Assembly: GCA_965198115.1 (NCBI GenBank)
Contig: OZ240241.1
Coordinates: 7,360,001-7,424,000, forward strand
Direction of reading: 5' to 3'
DNA length: 64,000 bases
Source: Candidatus Latescibacterota bacterium
GTDB lineage: Bacteria > Latescibacterota > UBA2968
This document shows positions 1-9,691 of this stretch, piece by piece; the stretch's first letter is position 1; every line of letters begins with the position of its first letter. The translations under genes were made by a program, and so were the position numbers. Under the pieces are notes generated by a model that was not told where the DNA came from, made no database searches, and saw only the letters and a list, made by a program, of their open reading frames with translations.

Positions 1-234
1 CTGATTGGCCTGATCGATCTTGAACATCATACCCATGCCGTAGAGCTCCGCAGCCCGACACATATTGTCGAGGTCGTGGGACGTGAACGTCCCGTATTCG
101 CCCACATATTCAACGTAGTCGTAATGACCCGTGTGGCCGATGACTTCTACGATGGCCGGCCAGTGGGAGTGGATGCGGGTGCCAATGGTCGGTTCTCCCG
201 CGCTCAGCTTTTCGCGGATGATATTGGGCTTCAT
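1..234 (-). CDS. HpcH/HpaI-family aldolase, N-terminal part (runs off window start)
   Basis: Not in ORF track. Manual translation from ATG at 234 with GAGGAG SD: MKPNIIREKLSAGEPTIGTRIHSHWPAIVEVIGHTGHYDYVEYVGEYG..., a typical HpcH-type N-terminus. Frame is open to base 1. Confidence 0.75.
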   Translation of the reverse strand, partial: MKPNIIREKLSAGEPTIGTRIHSHWPAIVEVIGHTGHYDYVEYVGEYGTFTSHDLDNMCRAAELYGMGMMFKIDQANQ

Positions 235-322
235 CGGTTCTCCTCGGGGATTGGTGTGAACGGAAAGCGTGCAGCGGCCCCCATGCTGCCCCTCGCCCGG
301 TCAAATGGCAAGGGAAAAGAAG

Positions 323-376
323 ACCACGAAATACACGAAACACACGAAAATCTGGGCCACACGGAATACACGGAAA
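323..376 (+). repeat. 9-bp-period tandem micro-repeat arrays (CACGAAATA / CACGGAATA)
   Basis: accacgaaatacacgaaacacacgaaaa followed by ccacacggaatacacggaaa. Same family as 59433-59493. Confidence 0.85.
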
Positions 377-429
377 GGAACACCGGGCGGATAACGAGTC
401 TCCCCCTGCCCCCGGGACCCTGCTCCCCC

Positions 430-1398
430 TCAGCTCTTCAGGTGTTCCTCGAACCACGCCACCATCCACTCGAAATATTCGACGAGAAACTGGTGATTGC
501 CCTCCGGCTGGTGAACCTCGAAGCGCTCCGGGTGGCCAGCCGTTACGTAGGCTTCGCGAACAATCGGGATGAGCCGGTCGACACCAGCCCTGGGCATGTC
601 CTCGTCTTCGGTGGGCGCGATCATCATGAACGGGCGAGGTGGCATACAGGCGGCCACGACGCTCGGATGGTCGAAGTAGCGGAGCATGTGCGGGATGTAG
701 TAGTAGGCGCTGTGCCGTTCAGGATCGCCGTGGTGGATGACCTGGGCCAGGCTGCCGACGCCCCCACACACGGGAACCCCCGCCGCGATCCACGGTGCGC
801 AGGCCATAGAATACCACGTTGCGTTGCCCCCGAGCGACATGCCCGTGACGCCCAGACGACCTGGAGCGACGCCGGCGGTAGCGCCGAGAATCCTGGCCGC
901 TCGTAGCGTTTCCTCGACGAGAATACCCATCTGGGTTCGGCCGTAGGGGGCAAGATGTTTATTCTCAAGCGCCCAATCGTTGATGCTTGCGCGACGACCT
1001 TCCGTGCCCTTTGCCGATATCGCCAGCGTCACGAATCCACGACGCGCCAGCTCGCGTCCCCAGCCAATCAGGGGACCATCCGGCGACTGGTGGAAATCAG
1101 GATGTGCGACGCGTTCAGCGGATCCACCGGTTCCGGAAACGCACGCGATCCCGGGTCGATCGCTCGATCCATCGAGTGGTTCCATCATGATGCCGGGTAC
1201 GCTTTCCCCGAGGGAGTTGGCGTAGCTGAGGTTAGAAATTCGAAGATTGTCGACTTCTTCGGTGGCAGCGACGGAAACGTCTACCTCATCCGGGATCTCG
1301 GCGAGCCCGTGCAGCTCGATGAGCTTCGCTCGAATGTCCTCGTCAGCGACGTCGACGGGAAAGGCAGGCTGGATGTCGGGGGGAATGATCGACGGCAC
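430..1398 (-). CDS. alpha/beta hydrolase (dienelactone hydrolase / acetyl-esterase-like)
   Basis: GMSLGG nucleophile elbow, C-terminal Asp and GNH His of the triad. GTG start 2 nt after the CocE stop. Confidence 0.8.
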   Translation of the reverse strand: MPSIIPPDIQPAFPVDVADEDIRAKLIELHGLAEIPDEVDVSVAATEEVDNLRISNLSYANSLGESVPGIMMEPLDGSSDRPGIACVSGTGGSAERVAHPDFHQSPDGPLIGWGRELARRGFVTLAISAKGTEGRRASINDWALENKHLAPYGRTQMGILVEETLRAARILGATAGVAPGRLGVTGMSLGGNATWYSMACAPWIAAGVPVCGGVGSLAQVIHHGDPERHSAYYYIPHMLRYFDHPSVVAACMPPRPFMMIAPTEDEDMPRAGVDRLIPIVREAYVTAGHPERFEVHQPEGNHQFLVEYFEWMVAWFEEHLKS

Positions 1399-1400
1399 GT

Positions 1401-3299
1401 CTATTCTCCGGGGATGATGGGCAGCACGATGTGTGATGGACGATCAGGACCGTGATAGATCGTGTTGTCGGCGCCCTGGCGTCGACGTTCGGTACCGATC
1501 GGATCGCCTGTGTTAGGGTTGGCGTCGAACCGGGGGAAGTTGGAGCTGGAGATGTCCAACCGGATGCGATGACCGGCCTGAAACAAATTGCTCGTCGGAT
1601 ACAGCGTGATCGTGATTTCGGCGATGTCGCCTGGGGGCAAAAAATCGGCCTCCCCGCCGTTCCGGTATCGCAGCCGGATGATGCTGTCGGTCAGGTTGAG
1701 GGCGTAGCCGTTGGGATACCACCGATTTGGAGGGTAGACATCGATGAGCTTCGCGGTGAAGTCGGTGTCTGGGGCGGACGAGGATACCCAGAGGTGGACA
1801 TCGATGGGTCCTGTGACTTCGATGTCGGACGCCAGCGGTGCCGATTCGTAGACGAGCACGTCGCGGCGCGTGCCGAGCGGGAGGAAGGGTGGACGGCACC
1901 CGAAGAAATCCGGGTCTTCGACCTGATCGAATCCGCCGGCCGACATGACGTTGTGCGTTCGATCACTCCGTGGTGAGTAGGCCGGATCGGCGATCCCCGG
2001 GGGTAGCGATTCGAGTGCGCTGAGGGAGGAGACATTTCCGCCGATCGAGGGCACCGGATCCGACGGGTCGAAACGATAAGTCGTCTGGGTGTTGCTGACC
2101 GACCGTTCCGGTGAAAGAACGCCGTCCGCGTGGATGTAGTAAGGCGTATACTGCGTTCGAGCCAGGGGCCACTCGTTCTCATCTCGCCACTGGCCCCCGT
2201 GGAACAGTCGGCCCGACGTCGATCGGTGACCGTCGCCTCCGCCCATGACGAAGATGCGCACGGGGGGTGCGTCTGCCTGACCGGTATCCTTATCCTTCAG
2301 CGTCCAGTCGAACCACGCGAGATGAAGGTCGCGGAACGTGTTTAGGGCAGCCTCCGGCCCGAATTCCACGTCGCCCGCGTAGGAGAGATCGATGGTGGCC
2401 GATCCGTGTGTCCACGGGCCCACCAGCACGCGGACGGGACTGTTCTTGCGACTGGCGAGTCCTTCATAATTCTGGAAGGTGGCTCGGGTGTAGGAATCGT
2501 ACCACCCGCCGACGATCAGGATGGGAATATCGGGAAAGTCGTCCCAGTAGAGGGCGGGTGCGAGGCTCGGGTGTTTCCAGTAGTCGGTAAAGTCTGATTC
2601 GGTGTAGATCTTGAACGCCCAGTTTTCATAGACGGGTACAAGCTTGAGCTGCGTCTGGCCTTTTCGAAGCGGCATCCGCGTGATCCAATCGGCGAACGAC
2701 GTGGCGCCGAGGTTGAGGGCGCCGTCGATAGCCGGGTCCGACTTCAGTTTCTCCTGTGTGTTCGTCGCCGAATGCCAGAACGCCCACGCGAGGAACCTCA
2801 GCTCGAGCGTGCCGCCGTGTCGAACTGAACTCTCGTGGGCGATGGCGCCACTCATGTTCGGGACCATGGAGGCCAGGTTCGTGGGACCGAGCGCCGCCAT
2901 GGCGGTTTGTGTCCAGCCACTCCACGAGGTTCCCCACGAGCCGACTTTTCCGTTCGACCAGGGCTGCTGACCGATCCACACGAGTGTGTCGAATCCGTCT
3001 TCGGCTTCGGGGACGAGGAAATCGACGTCTCCCTCCGATTTAAACGTCCCGCGGCAGTCCTGAACGACGGCGATGTAGCCCCGTCGTGCGAAGAAGCGAT
3101 TGTAACCCGCTGCTTCTTCCGTGTCCTCTTTGCGGTAGGGCGTTCGGTTGAGCACGACGGGATGGCTTCCCGGAATCCGCTTGCCATCCCTGGCGGGAAA
3201 ATAGACGTGCGTTGCGAGATGGACTCCATCTCGCATCGGGACCATGATGTCGCGCTCGATCAGCACATCGTATGTGGCGTCGGTGGTTTGTAGGGTCAT
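1401..3299 (-). CDS. CocE/NonD family hydrolase (peptidase S15 + PepX_C)
   Basis: MRDGVHL, RTPY, QDCRG, GTSWSG nucleophile, GGWYD, GPWTHG, SSSNFPRFD motifs. Confidence 0.92.
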   Translation of the reverse strand: MTLQTTDATYDVLIERDIMVPMRDGVHLATHVYFPARDGKRIPGSHPVVLNRTPYRKEDTEEAAGYNRFFARRGYIAVVQDCRGTFKSEGDVDFLVPEAEDGFDTLVWIGQQPWSNGKVGSWGTSWSGWTQTAMAALGPTNLASMVPNMSGAIAHESSVRHGGTLELRFLAWAFWHSATNTQEKLKSDPAIDGALNLGATSFADWITRMPLRKGQTQLKLVPVYENWAFKIYTESDFTDYWKHPSLAPALYWDDFPDIPILIVGGWYDSYTRATFQNYEGLASRKNSPVRVLVGPWTHGSATIDLSYAGDVEFGPEAALNTFRDLHLAWFDWTLKDKDTGQADAPPVRIFVMGGGDGHRSTSGRLFHGGQWRDENEWPLARTQYTPYYIHADGVLSPERSVSNTQTTYRFDPSDPVPSIGGNVSSLSALESLPPGIADPAYSPRSDRTHNVMSAGGFDQVEDPDFFGCRPPFLPLGTRRDVLVYESAPLASDIEVTGPIDVHLWVSSSAPDTDFTAKLIDVYPPNRWYPNGYALNLTDSIIRLRYRNGGEADFLPPGDIAEITITLYPTSNLFQAGHRIRLDISSSNFPRFDANPNTGDPIGTERRRQGADNTIYHGPDRPSHIVLPIIPGE

Positions 3300-3308
3300 G
3301 TGGCTGCG

Positions 3309-4388
3309 TTACCCTCTCGCGAAATCCCAGGTTCGGCTTCCAAATTTTGACAAGCTTTCTACATCGAGTTCCATGCCGAGACCTGGTCCCTTCGGGACGA
3401 CGAGGTGGCCGTTGTCGTACTGGACGCGGTCGACGACGACATCATCGAGATAGAGTTGAGCACCAGCTGCGTCGCCAGGATACTCGAGGTTAGGGACAGA
3501 CGCGCCGAGATGGCCCTGGGCGGAGACGCCGATCGAGAGCTCCTGCGTGGTTCCGATGAGGGTCTTCAGGCCCAGCGTCTCAGCGGTGGCGAAGAGGTTG
3601 CGCCCCCTGCGAATACCACGGCTGCAGACGGCGAGGTTGAGGATGTCGACGCCCTGACCCTCCGCGAGGGCGATGGCATACGCTTCGTCGCTACAGTGCT
3701 CGCTGACGGGGAAGGGGATGCGTTCCCGGACTTTGGCCTTTCCGGGTATATCAGGCGCAGGACTCTCGACCAGCATGGGTTCGACCCACGCGAGACGCTC
3801 GACGGCGGCAGCGCATTCCTTCCAGGTGAGGCGGCAGCTGAAGTCGAGCGATTTGACCTTGAAGTCGTCGCCGTGGTTGTCCCGAAGCTGGCGGAACAGC
3901 TTCTCGTCGATGTCGACGTCCCCGCCTACGTAGAACCGAAACAGGTCGAATCCGAGGGAGAGCATCCGTTTGACACGGTCGAGGTTGAGGTCGAACTGCG
4001 ACATGTCCATCTGCCGGAAAATGGGGTAACAGATCTTGTATCGATCGCGATACGCGCCACCATAGAGATCGTGGACGGGGACACCTAGAATTTTGCCGCG
4101 TAGGTCGTGTACCGCCGTGTCTATTCCTGCGCCCAATGGGGCCTGGAGTCCGTCGACGACCGGGTCGATCCTCTCCGGGTCGAACGGATCGGCGCCGGAG
4201 AGACGTTGGTTGAGTATGTATTCCAGGTGATCCACATCGGGGAAGACGGGGTTGTGTCCGAGGTCGGACATTTCGCCGACTCCCACGGGACCCTCGCCGG
4301 TGGCCATAGTGACGATGATGTGGGGCGACACAGCGCCGGTCTCGCGACGCGTGCCGACGGGATAGAGTTTGATCTCGGTGATTTTCAC
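3309..4388 (-). CDS. mandelate racemase/muconate lactonizing enzyme (enolase superfamily)
   Basis: Start reassigned to GTG 4388 (GGAGG SD; MKITEIKLYPV). IDTAVHDLRGK..GVPVHDLYGG and PKGPGLG motifs. Confidence 0.85.
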   Translation of the reverse strand: MKITEIKLYPVGTRRETGAVSPHIIVTMATGEGPVGVGEMSDLGHNPVFPDVDHLEYILNQRLSGADPFDPERIDPVVDGLQAPLGAGIDTAVHDLRGKILGVPVHDLYGGAYRDRYKICYPIFRQMDMSQFDLNLDRVKRMLSLGFDLFRFYVGGDVDIDEKLFRQLRDNHGDDFKVKSLDFSCRLTWKECAAAVERLAWVEPMLVESPAPDIPGKAKVRERIPFPVSEHCSDEAYAIALAEGQGVDILNLAVCSRGIRRGRNLFATAETLGLKTLIGTTQELSIGVSAQGHLGASVPNLEYPGDAAGAQLYLDDVVVDRVQYDNGHLVVPKGPGLGMELDVESLSKFGSRTWDFARG

Positions 4389-4497
4389 GTGGACCTCCGG
4401 AAGTGGTATCCCGCGATGCAGTGCTGGGCGATTGATGGGCCTCAAGATGGGGTCATGCCTGTGGGCCGGCAAGAATTGACGAAACCGAGAAACAACT

Positions 4498-4525
4498 CAC
4501 CACGGAGGACACGGAGAAGGCGGAG
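4498..4525 (+). repeat. 9-mer micro-repeat array
   Basis: ccacggaggacacggagaaggcggag in the divergent intergenic region. Confidence 0.7.
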
Positions 4526-4763
4526 GGTTCACAGGCATCGCCAGGGGCCGGGATTCGAGATCAGACGAGAAATGGGTATCGTGGCTCGCAGAGTGGGGCG
4601 ATGGAACGTATCGAGACAACATTCTCGTCAGGCGGCAGATTTTATTCCTTCAGATGGTTTACCCCCCGGAAATCTGGTGCTTTCCTGACAAGCTGATGTA
4701 TCATGCGACTGAATCTGCCATCCGGACCGATGACCGCCGATCCAGATCGGCGTGGAGGAAGGC

Positions 4764-5756
4764 ATGAAAGCAGCTGTCTACCACGGCCCACGTGATATCC
4801 GGGTAGAGGACGTAAGCCAGCCCGAGATCGAGGAAAACGAAGTGCTGCTGCGGGTGAAAGCTTGCGGCATATGCGGGTCAGACCTGCACACGTATCGGCT
4901 CGGGATGTTCGAGGAGGCCCTGGGACGGCCGATCGAGAACGGCCGCATCATGGGTCACGAGATGAGCGGCGAGGTCGTGGAGGTCGGGGGCGTCGTCGAT
5001 GGATTCCGGGTCGAGGATCGCGTGACGTCCGTCGGCCGCGGCGGCTTTGCCGAGTTCACGTCGGTCGAGATACGGGAGAGAAGTCCCCACCTGCTGCCTG
5101 AATCGATCAGTTTCGAAGAAGGGGCGATGATGGAGCCCTTCGCGACGTCCATTCACGGGGTCGGTCTCGCCCAGCCCCAGCAGGGCGAGACCGTCGTCGT
5201 CCTTGGGGTGGGGATCATTGGACTGGGATGCATTCAGGCGATCCGCGCGACGACGGACTGCCGCATCATCGCGGTGGATACGTCTGAAAAGCGACTGGAT
5301 ATGGCTCATCAACTCGGTGCAACAGATACCGTCAACCTGAAGGAGACCGATCCTCTCGAGGCGGTGATCGAACTGACGGGCGGGGCCAAACCTGTGGAGA
5401 ATTTTGGCGTTCGTGGTGGGAACGCGGATGTGGTGATCGACTGTGCAGGTGCCAAAGCCTCTCCGAATCAGGGATTGCTGATGCTCAAGCAGCTCTACGG
5501 CCGCATGGTGTTCGTTGCGCTGTTCGAAGGCCAGCCGGAATTGGATTTCAACCAGGTCGTACGCAAGCACGTGACAATTCGGGGTTCGTGGGGATGGACG
5601 GGCGATGATTACCACGAGGCGATCGCCCTCGTGGAGAGCGGCCGCGTCGATCGTAAACCTCTGATCTCGCATACTTTTTCGCTGGACGAGGCGCCCGAGG
5701 CGTTCGCTATGCAGGATAAACCGGATGCGGCCATCAAGGTTCTGCTCAAACCGTGA
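4764..5756 (+). CDS. Zn-dependent MDR dehydrogenase (threonine/sorbitol dehydrogenase-like)
   Basis: GICGSDLH and GHE Zn ligands, GVGIIG Rossmann motif, GGAGG SD before ATG 4764. Lacks the structural-Zn Cys cluster. Confidence 0.88.
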   Translation: MKAAVYHGPRDIRVEDVSQPEIEENEVLLRVKACGICGSDLHTYRLGMFEEALGRPIENGRIMGHEMSGEVVEVGGVVDGFRVEDRVTSVGRGGFAEFTSVEIRERSPHLLPESISFEEGAMMEPFATSIHGVGLAQPQQGETVVVLGVGIIGLGCIQAIRATTDCRIIAVDTSEKRLDMAHQLGATDTVNLKETDPLEAVIELTGGAKPVENFGVRGGNADVVIDCAGAKASPNQGLLMLKQLYGRMVFVALFEGQPELDFNQVVRKHVTIRGSWGWTGDDYHEAIALVESGRVDRKPLISHTFSLDEAPEAFAMQDKPDAAIKVLLKP

Positions 5757-6554
5757 CCGATGGCGACCCAGGGCTGTGCGTCGACAGCATCACGAAGCTC
5801 GGTCCCGAGTATCGCGGTCGAGTGCTTGTTGCCGGGTCTCATGGCGGCAGATACTGTGGATATCTCGCCGCCCTCGGCGGTCTGAGAGGGGTCATCCTCA
5901 ACGACGCGGGGGTGGGCAAGGACGATGCGGGGATCGGGGCGCTCGACTATCTGCAGCCCCTGGGCGTCGCGGCCGCGACGGTGGCGCATACCTCTTCCCG
6001 GATCGGGGATGGCGCGGACATGCTCGAACGTGGAAGGCTGTCCTACTGCAACGATGTGGCGAAGGCTCTCGGTTGTGCGGAAGGTCAGTCCTGTCGGGAG
6101 GCTGCGGCGGCCATGCGGAGAGGCGAGGCTTACGAAGGTGAACCACCGGCCCACGAGGAAGGGCGTGAAATTCTGCGAGAGACGCCAGTGAGAGTCGTCG
6201 GGTGCGACTCGGCCTCGCTGGTCGTGGACGACGATGCGGATACGGTCATCGTAACAGGATCGCACGGAGGCTCGCTCGCGGGCAGACCCGGTTACGGACT
6301 CGCAGTCAAGGCAACGTGGTGGGATTTTCAACGATGCGGGCGTGGGGGTCGACAACGCGGGCATCCGGCGCTTGCAGATTCTGGATGATTCGGGCGCGCC
6401 CGCCGCGACGGTGGACGCGATGACCGCCCGCATCGGTGATGCGCGGTCGGCCTGGGAGACGGGCATTCTTACCCACGTGAATGCGCTGGCGCTAGAGCGT
6501 GGCGTCGAGATCGGGATAACGGTGCCCGAATTCGCCGATCGGCTTTCTGCGTGA
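5753..6554 (+). pseudogene. conserved hypothetical protein with internally duplicated GSHGG...NDAGVG domain; 1-nt insertion frameshift at ~6313
   Basis: Removing one A from AAG GCA ACG TGG restores VKARGGIFNDAGVGVDNAGI, matching the first repeat LRGVILNDAGVGKDDAGI. This joins ORFs 5753-6388 and 6342-6554 into one ~266-aa gene. May be a sequencing error. Confidence 0.8.
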
Positions 6555-6687
6555 CGTGGCAATGCGTCCACGTGCGGAGCACGAGGACGAGCGTGGCGTT
6601 TGGAATTCTAATAAAAGCAATGCGAATCGCTCATCCCTGTGCTGTGCACAGGGATGCATAGAGTCGACCGATGCAAACGGAGAATCG

Positions 6688-8418
6688 ATGTCTTCACGCG
6701 TGCAGATGAACGGCGGGCGGGCGCTCGCAGAAATGCTCAAACTTCACGATCCGGCACCGATGTTCGGGATGGCCGGTTTCCAGTTGCTGCCTTTTTACGA
6801 TGCTGTCAGGGAGTTGGGGTTGAGCCACACCCTGATTAACGATGAACGATCGGGTGTGTTCATATCCGATGCGTGGGCGCGAGTGACGGGGCGACCCGGC
6901 ATCTGTGATGCAACGCTCGGGCCCGGGGCAACGAATCTCGTGACGGGGCTGGTCGAGTCGTTGAACGCGGGGGTGCCCCTGATCGTTCTCGTGGGCAACA
7001 GCAATCGCGACCACTCGTGGAAGAACATGACGCAGGAGGCGCGTCAGGCAGACATCCTTGCCCCAGCGGTGAAGGAACAGATTCGGATCGAACAGGGATT
7101 GAGGATTCCTGAGCTCGTGCGTCGAGCCTATTCCGTGGCTACATCGGGCCGTCCGGGCCCGGTCGTGCTCGACATTCCCGAGGACATCGCGCACGGGGAA
7201 TTCGACTTTCCGAAGGACGATCTGTACGCCGATCCGGAGACGCTTCGCATCCCGTCGAAACGCGCCCGTCCCGGTCGCGAGTCCGTGGCAAAGGCGGCCG
7301 AGCAGCTGCGCCAATCGGATCGGCCCATCGTTCTGGCGGGAGGTAGCATCCATCTTTTGGGCGCTTACGATGAGCTGTTAGGCTTCGCGGAGGCGTTCAG
7401 CATTCCGGTTGCTCAGACTTTGAGTGGAAAAGGGGCGATCCCCTGTACGCATCCCCTGAGCGTGGGTCTGTTCGGACGGTGGACGCGCATTGCGAATGAC
7501 CTGATCGACACCTCGGACTGTATCATGTCTGTCGGGTGCAAGATGGGTGAGATCGCGACGAAGCGGTTCGCGCTCATGCCGCAGGGCGTCCCGTTCATTC
7601 ATCTCGACATCGTGGCCGAGGAGATTGGACGAACGACGGCGACCGATGTGGCGCTGTGGGGAGATGCCGCCGAAGGTCTTCGGGATCTTCACGATCTGAT
7701 GAGCGATGACGCGACGGTCTTGAGAGCGCGCCGGAAAGACTACGTGGGCGAAATCGAGGAGCGGCTACAAGCGTGGCGGGTTGAAGCAGAGCCTCGATAC
7801 GCTTCGACCGAGCGACCGGTCAACATGGCACGCATGGTCCGAGAGCTCCAGGGAGTGATGCCCGGCAACGGCATCCTGGTGGTCGACGGCGGATTCGCCG
7901 CTCACTGGACCGGATTGTTGTACGATTCGACGCGCTCGGGTCGAAGTTACATCGCCAATCGGGGGTTCGCGTCGATCGGTTACGGTCTGCCGGGTACGAT
8001 GGGTGCGCAACTTGCGGCCCCAGATTCGCCAGTCATCGGGATTACGGGAGATGCTGGCTTCAACATGGTGCTCGGCGAGCTGGAGACCGCGAGAAGGCTC
8101 GGCCTTGGGTTTACACTCGCGATCGTGAACAACGCGGCATCGGGTTACGTTAAAGCCCTTCAGCACAATATGTATGGGGCCCGTTATCAGTCGAGCGACC
8201 TGAGTGAGGTCAATTACGCGAACGTGGCCTGTGAACTCGGATGCCACGGTATCCGCGTCGAAGATCCGGATGAGCTTGAAGGTGCGTTTGCAGAGGGTAT
8301 CGCCAATCGGGAGTCGCCAACCGTCGTCGATGTGGTCGTCACTCGCGACCCGTCCAAAATGCTGCCCGGTGTGGACAGTCGGACGGCACCGGTTAAGAAA
8401 GGCGATAGACCCGCTTGA
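6688..8418 (+). CDS. thiamine-pyrophosphate-binding enzyme (acetolactate synthase-like)
   Basis: NDERSG, GPGATN, GRPGPV, GDAGF...NN TPP motif. Start reassigned to ATG 6688 (GGAG SD). Confidence 0.9.
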   Translation: MSSRVQMNGGRALAEMLKLHDPAPMFGMAGFQLLPFYDAVRELGLSHTLINDERSGVFISDAWARVTGRPGICDATLGPGATNLVTGLVESLNAGVPLIVLVGNSNRDHSWKNMTQEARQADILAPAVKEQIRIEQGLRIPELVRRAYSVATSGRPGPVVLDIPEDIAHGEFDFPKDDLYADPETLRIPSKRARPGRESVAKAAEQLRQSDRPIVLAGGSIHLLGAYDELLGFAEAFSIPVAQTLSGKGAIPCTHPLSVGLFGRWTRIANDLIDTSDCIMSVGCKMGEIATKRFALMPQGVPFIHLDIVAEEIGRTTATDVALWGDAAEGLRDLHDLMSDDATVLRARRKDYVGEIEERLQAWRVEAEPRYASTERPVNMARMVRELQGVMPGNGILVVDGGFAAHWTGLLYDSTRSGRSYIANRGFASIGYGLPGTMGAQLAAPDSPVIGITGDAGFNMVLGELETARRLGLGFTLAIVNNAASGYVKALQHNMYGARYQSSDLSEVNYANVACELGCHGIRVEDPDELEGAFAEGIANRESPTVVDVVVTRDPSKMLPGVDSRTAPVKKGDRPA

Positions 8419-8465
8419 GGCAGGAAGAGCTGGGGGTTGAGGAGAACGGCACACCAGGAGAAGAG

Positions 8466-9431
8466 ATGGCACCGACACGAGATAAGCAACTCGAGATGTT
8501 GCGATCGATGCAGGTAATACGGCGTTTCGAAGAACGCGCTTCTGATGACTATATCGCCGGTGAGATCTACGGCGTCGTTCATTGCTACATCGGTGAAGAA
8601 GCCGTCGCGGTGGGGGTCTGCTCGGCGCTGAACCGGGAAGATCAGATCATCAGTACGCATCGTGGGCACGGCCATTGTTTGGCCAAGGGCGCAGACCTGA
8701 AACGCATGATGGCGGAGCTCTACGGCAGGGCATCGGGCTATTGCAAAGGCAAGGGTGGCTCTATGCACATCGCCGACTTCAGCATCGGGATGCTGGGGGC
8801 GAACGGTATCGTGGCCGGTGGGATTCCGATCGTGACGGGTGCAGGACTGGCCGCCCAGCTCGAAGGCAAGGGACGCGTCGCCGTGTCTTCCTTCGGGGAT
8901 GGCGCTTCGAACGCTGGACCCTTCCACGAGTCGATCAACATCGCCGCCGCGTGGAAACTTCCGATGCTCTACGTTTGTGAGAACAACCTCTACGCCGTCA
9001 ACACAGCGGCCGCCGATTCACTGGCGCATCAGGACGTTGCCGCAAGGGCGGACGGTTACGGAATCCCAGGGGTCATCGTGGACGGAAACGATGTTCTCGC
9101 AGTTCACCAAGCCGCTACTGAAGCAGTCAGTCGCGCTCGTGCCGGAGAAGGGCCCACCTTGATCGAGTGCAAGACCTACCGCCAGCGAGGACACACGGAG
9201 AGACCCGGCCAAGCCGAGCGGCGCCCGCCCGAAGAGATCGAGGCCTGGAAGAAGCGCGATCCGATTGATCGCCTGGTCAAGGGTATGATGGATCAGGGAG
9301 ACCTGAGCGAGGAAGATTGGCAGAAGATGGATGAGGAGATTCTCGCGGAGATCGAAGCATCCGTTCGATATGCGGAAGACAGCCCGTTCCCCGAGCCCGA
9401 TGCGGCGCTGGAGGACGTGGTCGCGAATTAG
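8466..9431 (+). CDS. TPP-dependent dehydrogenase E1 alpha subunit (acetoin/pyruvate dehydrogenase-like)
   Basis: HRGHGH, GKGGSMH, GDGASN...ENN, TYRQRGH motifs. AGGAG SD before ATG 8466. Confidence 0.92.
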   Translation: MAPTRDKQLEMLRSMQVIRRFEERASDDYIAGEIYGVVHCYIGEEAVAVGVCSALNREDQIISTHRGHGHCLAKGADLKRMMAELYGRASGYCKGKGGSMHIADFSIGMLGANGIVAGGIPIVTGAGLAAQLEGKGRVAVSSFGDGASNAGPFHESINIAAAWKLPMLYVCENNLYAVNTAAADSLAHQDVAARADGYGIPGVIVDGNDVLAVHQAATEAVSRARAGEGPTLIECKTYRQRGHTERPGQAERRPPEEIEAWKKRDPIDRLVKGMMDQGDLSEEDWQKMDEEILAEIEASVRYAEDSPFPEPDAALEDVVAN

Positions 9432-9442
9432 AACCAAAGACA

Positions 9443-9618
9443 GCCACGGAGAACACGGAGGGCCGGCAGGTCAAGTTCCAGGCCTATTCGGGGGGATGGA
9501 ATCCGAGAACATTTCGGCTCAGGCCTTGCAAGCCCTGAAAGGGCGGCAGATTTGGCCCGAGGCGTCAGCCCCCGGTAATTGGCAGACCACGAGGGCCCGA
9601 GCCGCTATTAATAGTGGC
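9443..9618. repeat. intergenic repeat mosaic: 9-mer array + CTATTCG box, GCCCTGAAAGGGC and GCCGCTATTAATAGTGGC palindromes
   Basis: ccacggagaacacggag (9444-9460), ctattcg (9484-9490), palindromes at 9532-9544 and 9601-9618. Confidence 0.7.
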
Positions 9619-9691
9619 GATCACGCAGTAACGAAATCCATCGGCGCCTGTAACGAGATTTCAGTCGTCGCAGATTCAGCGAGGTAGCCTG

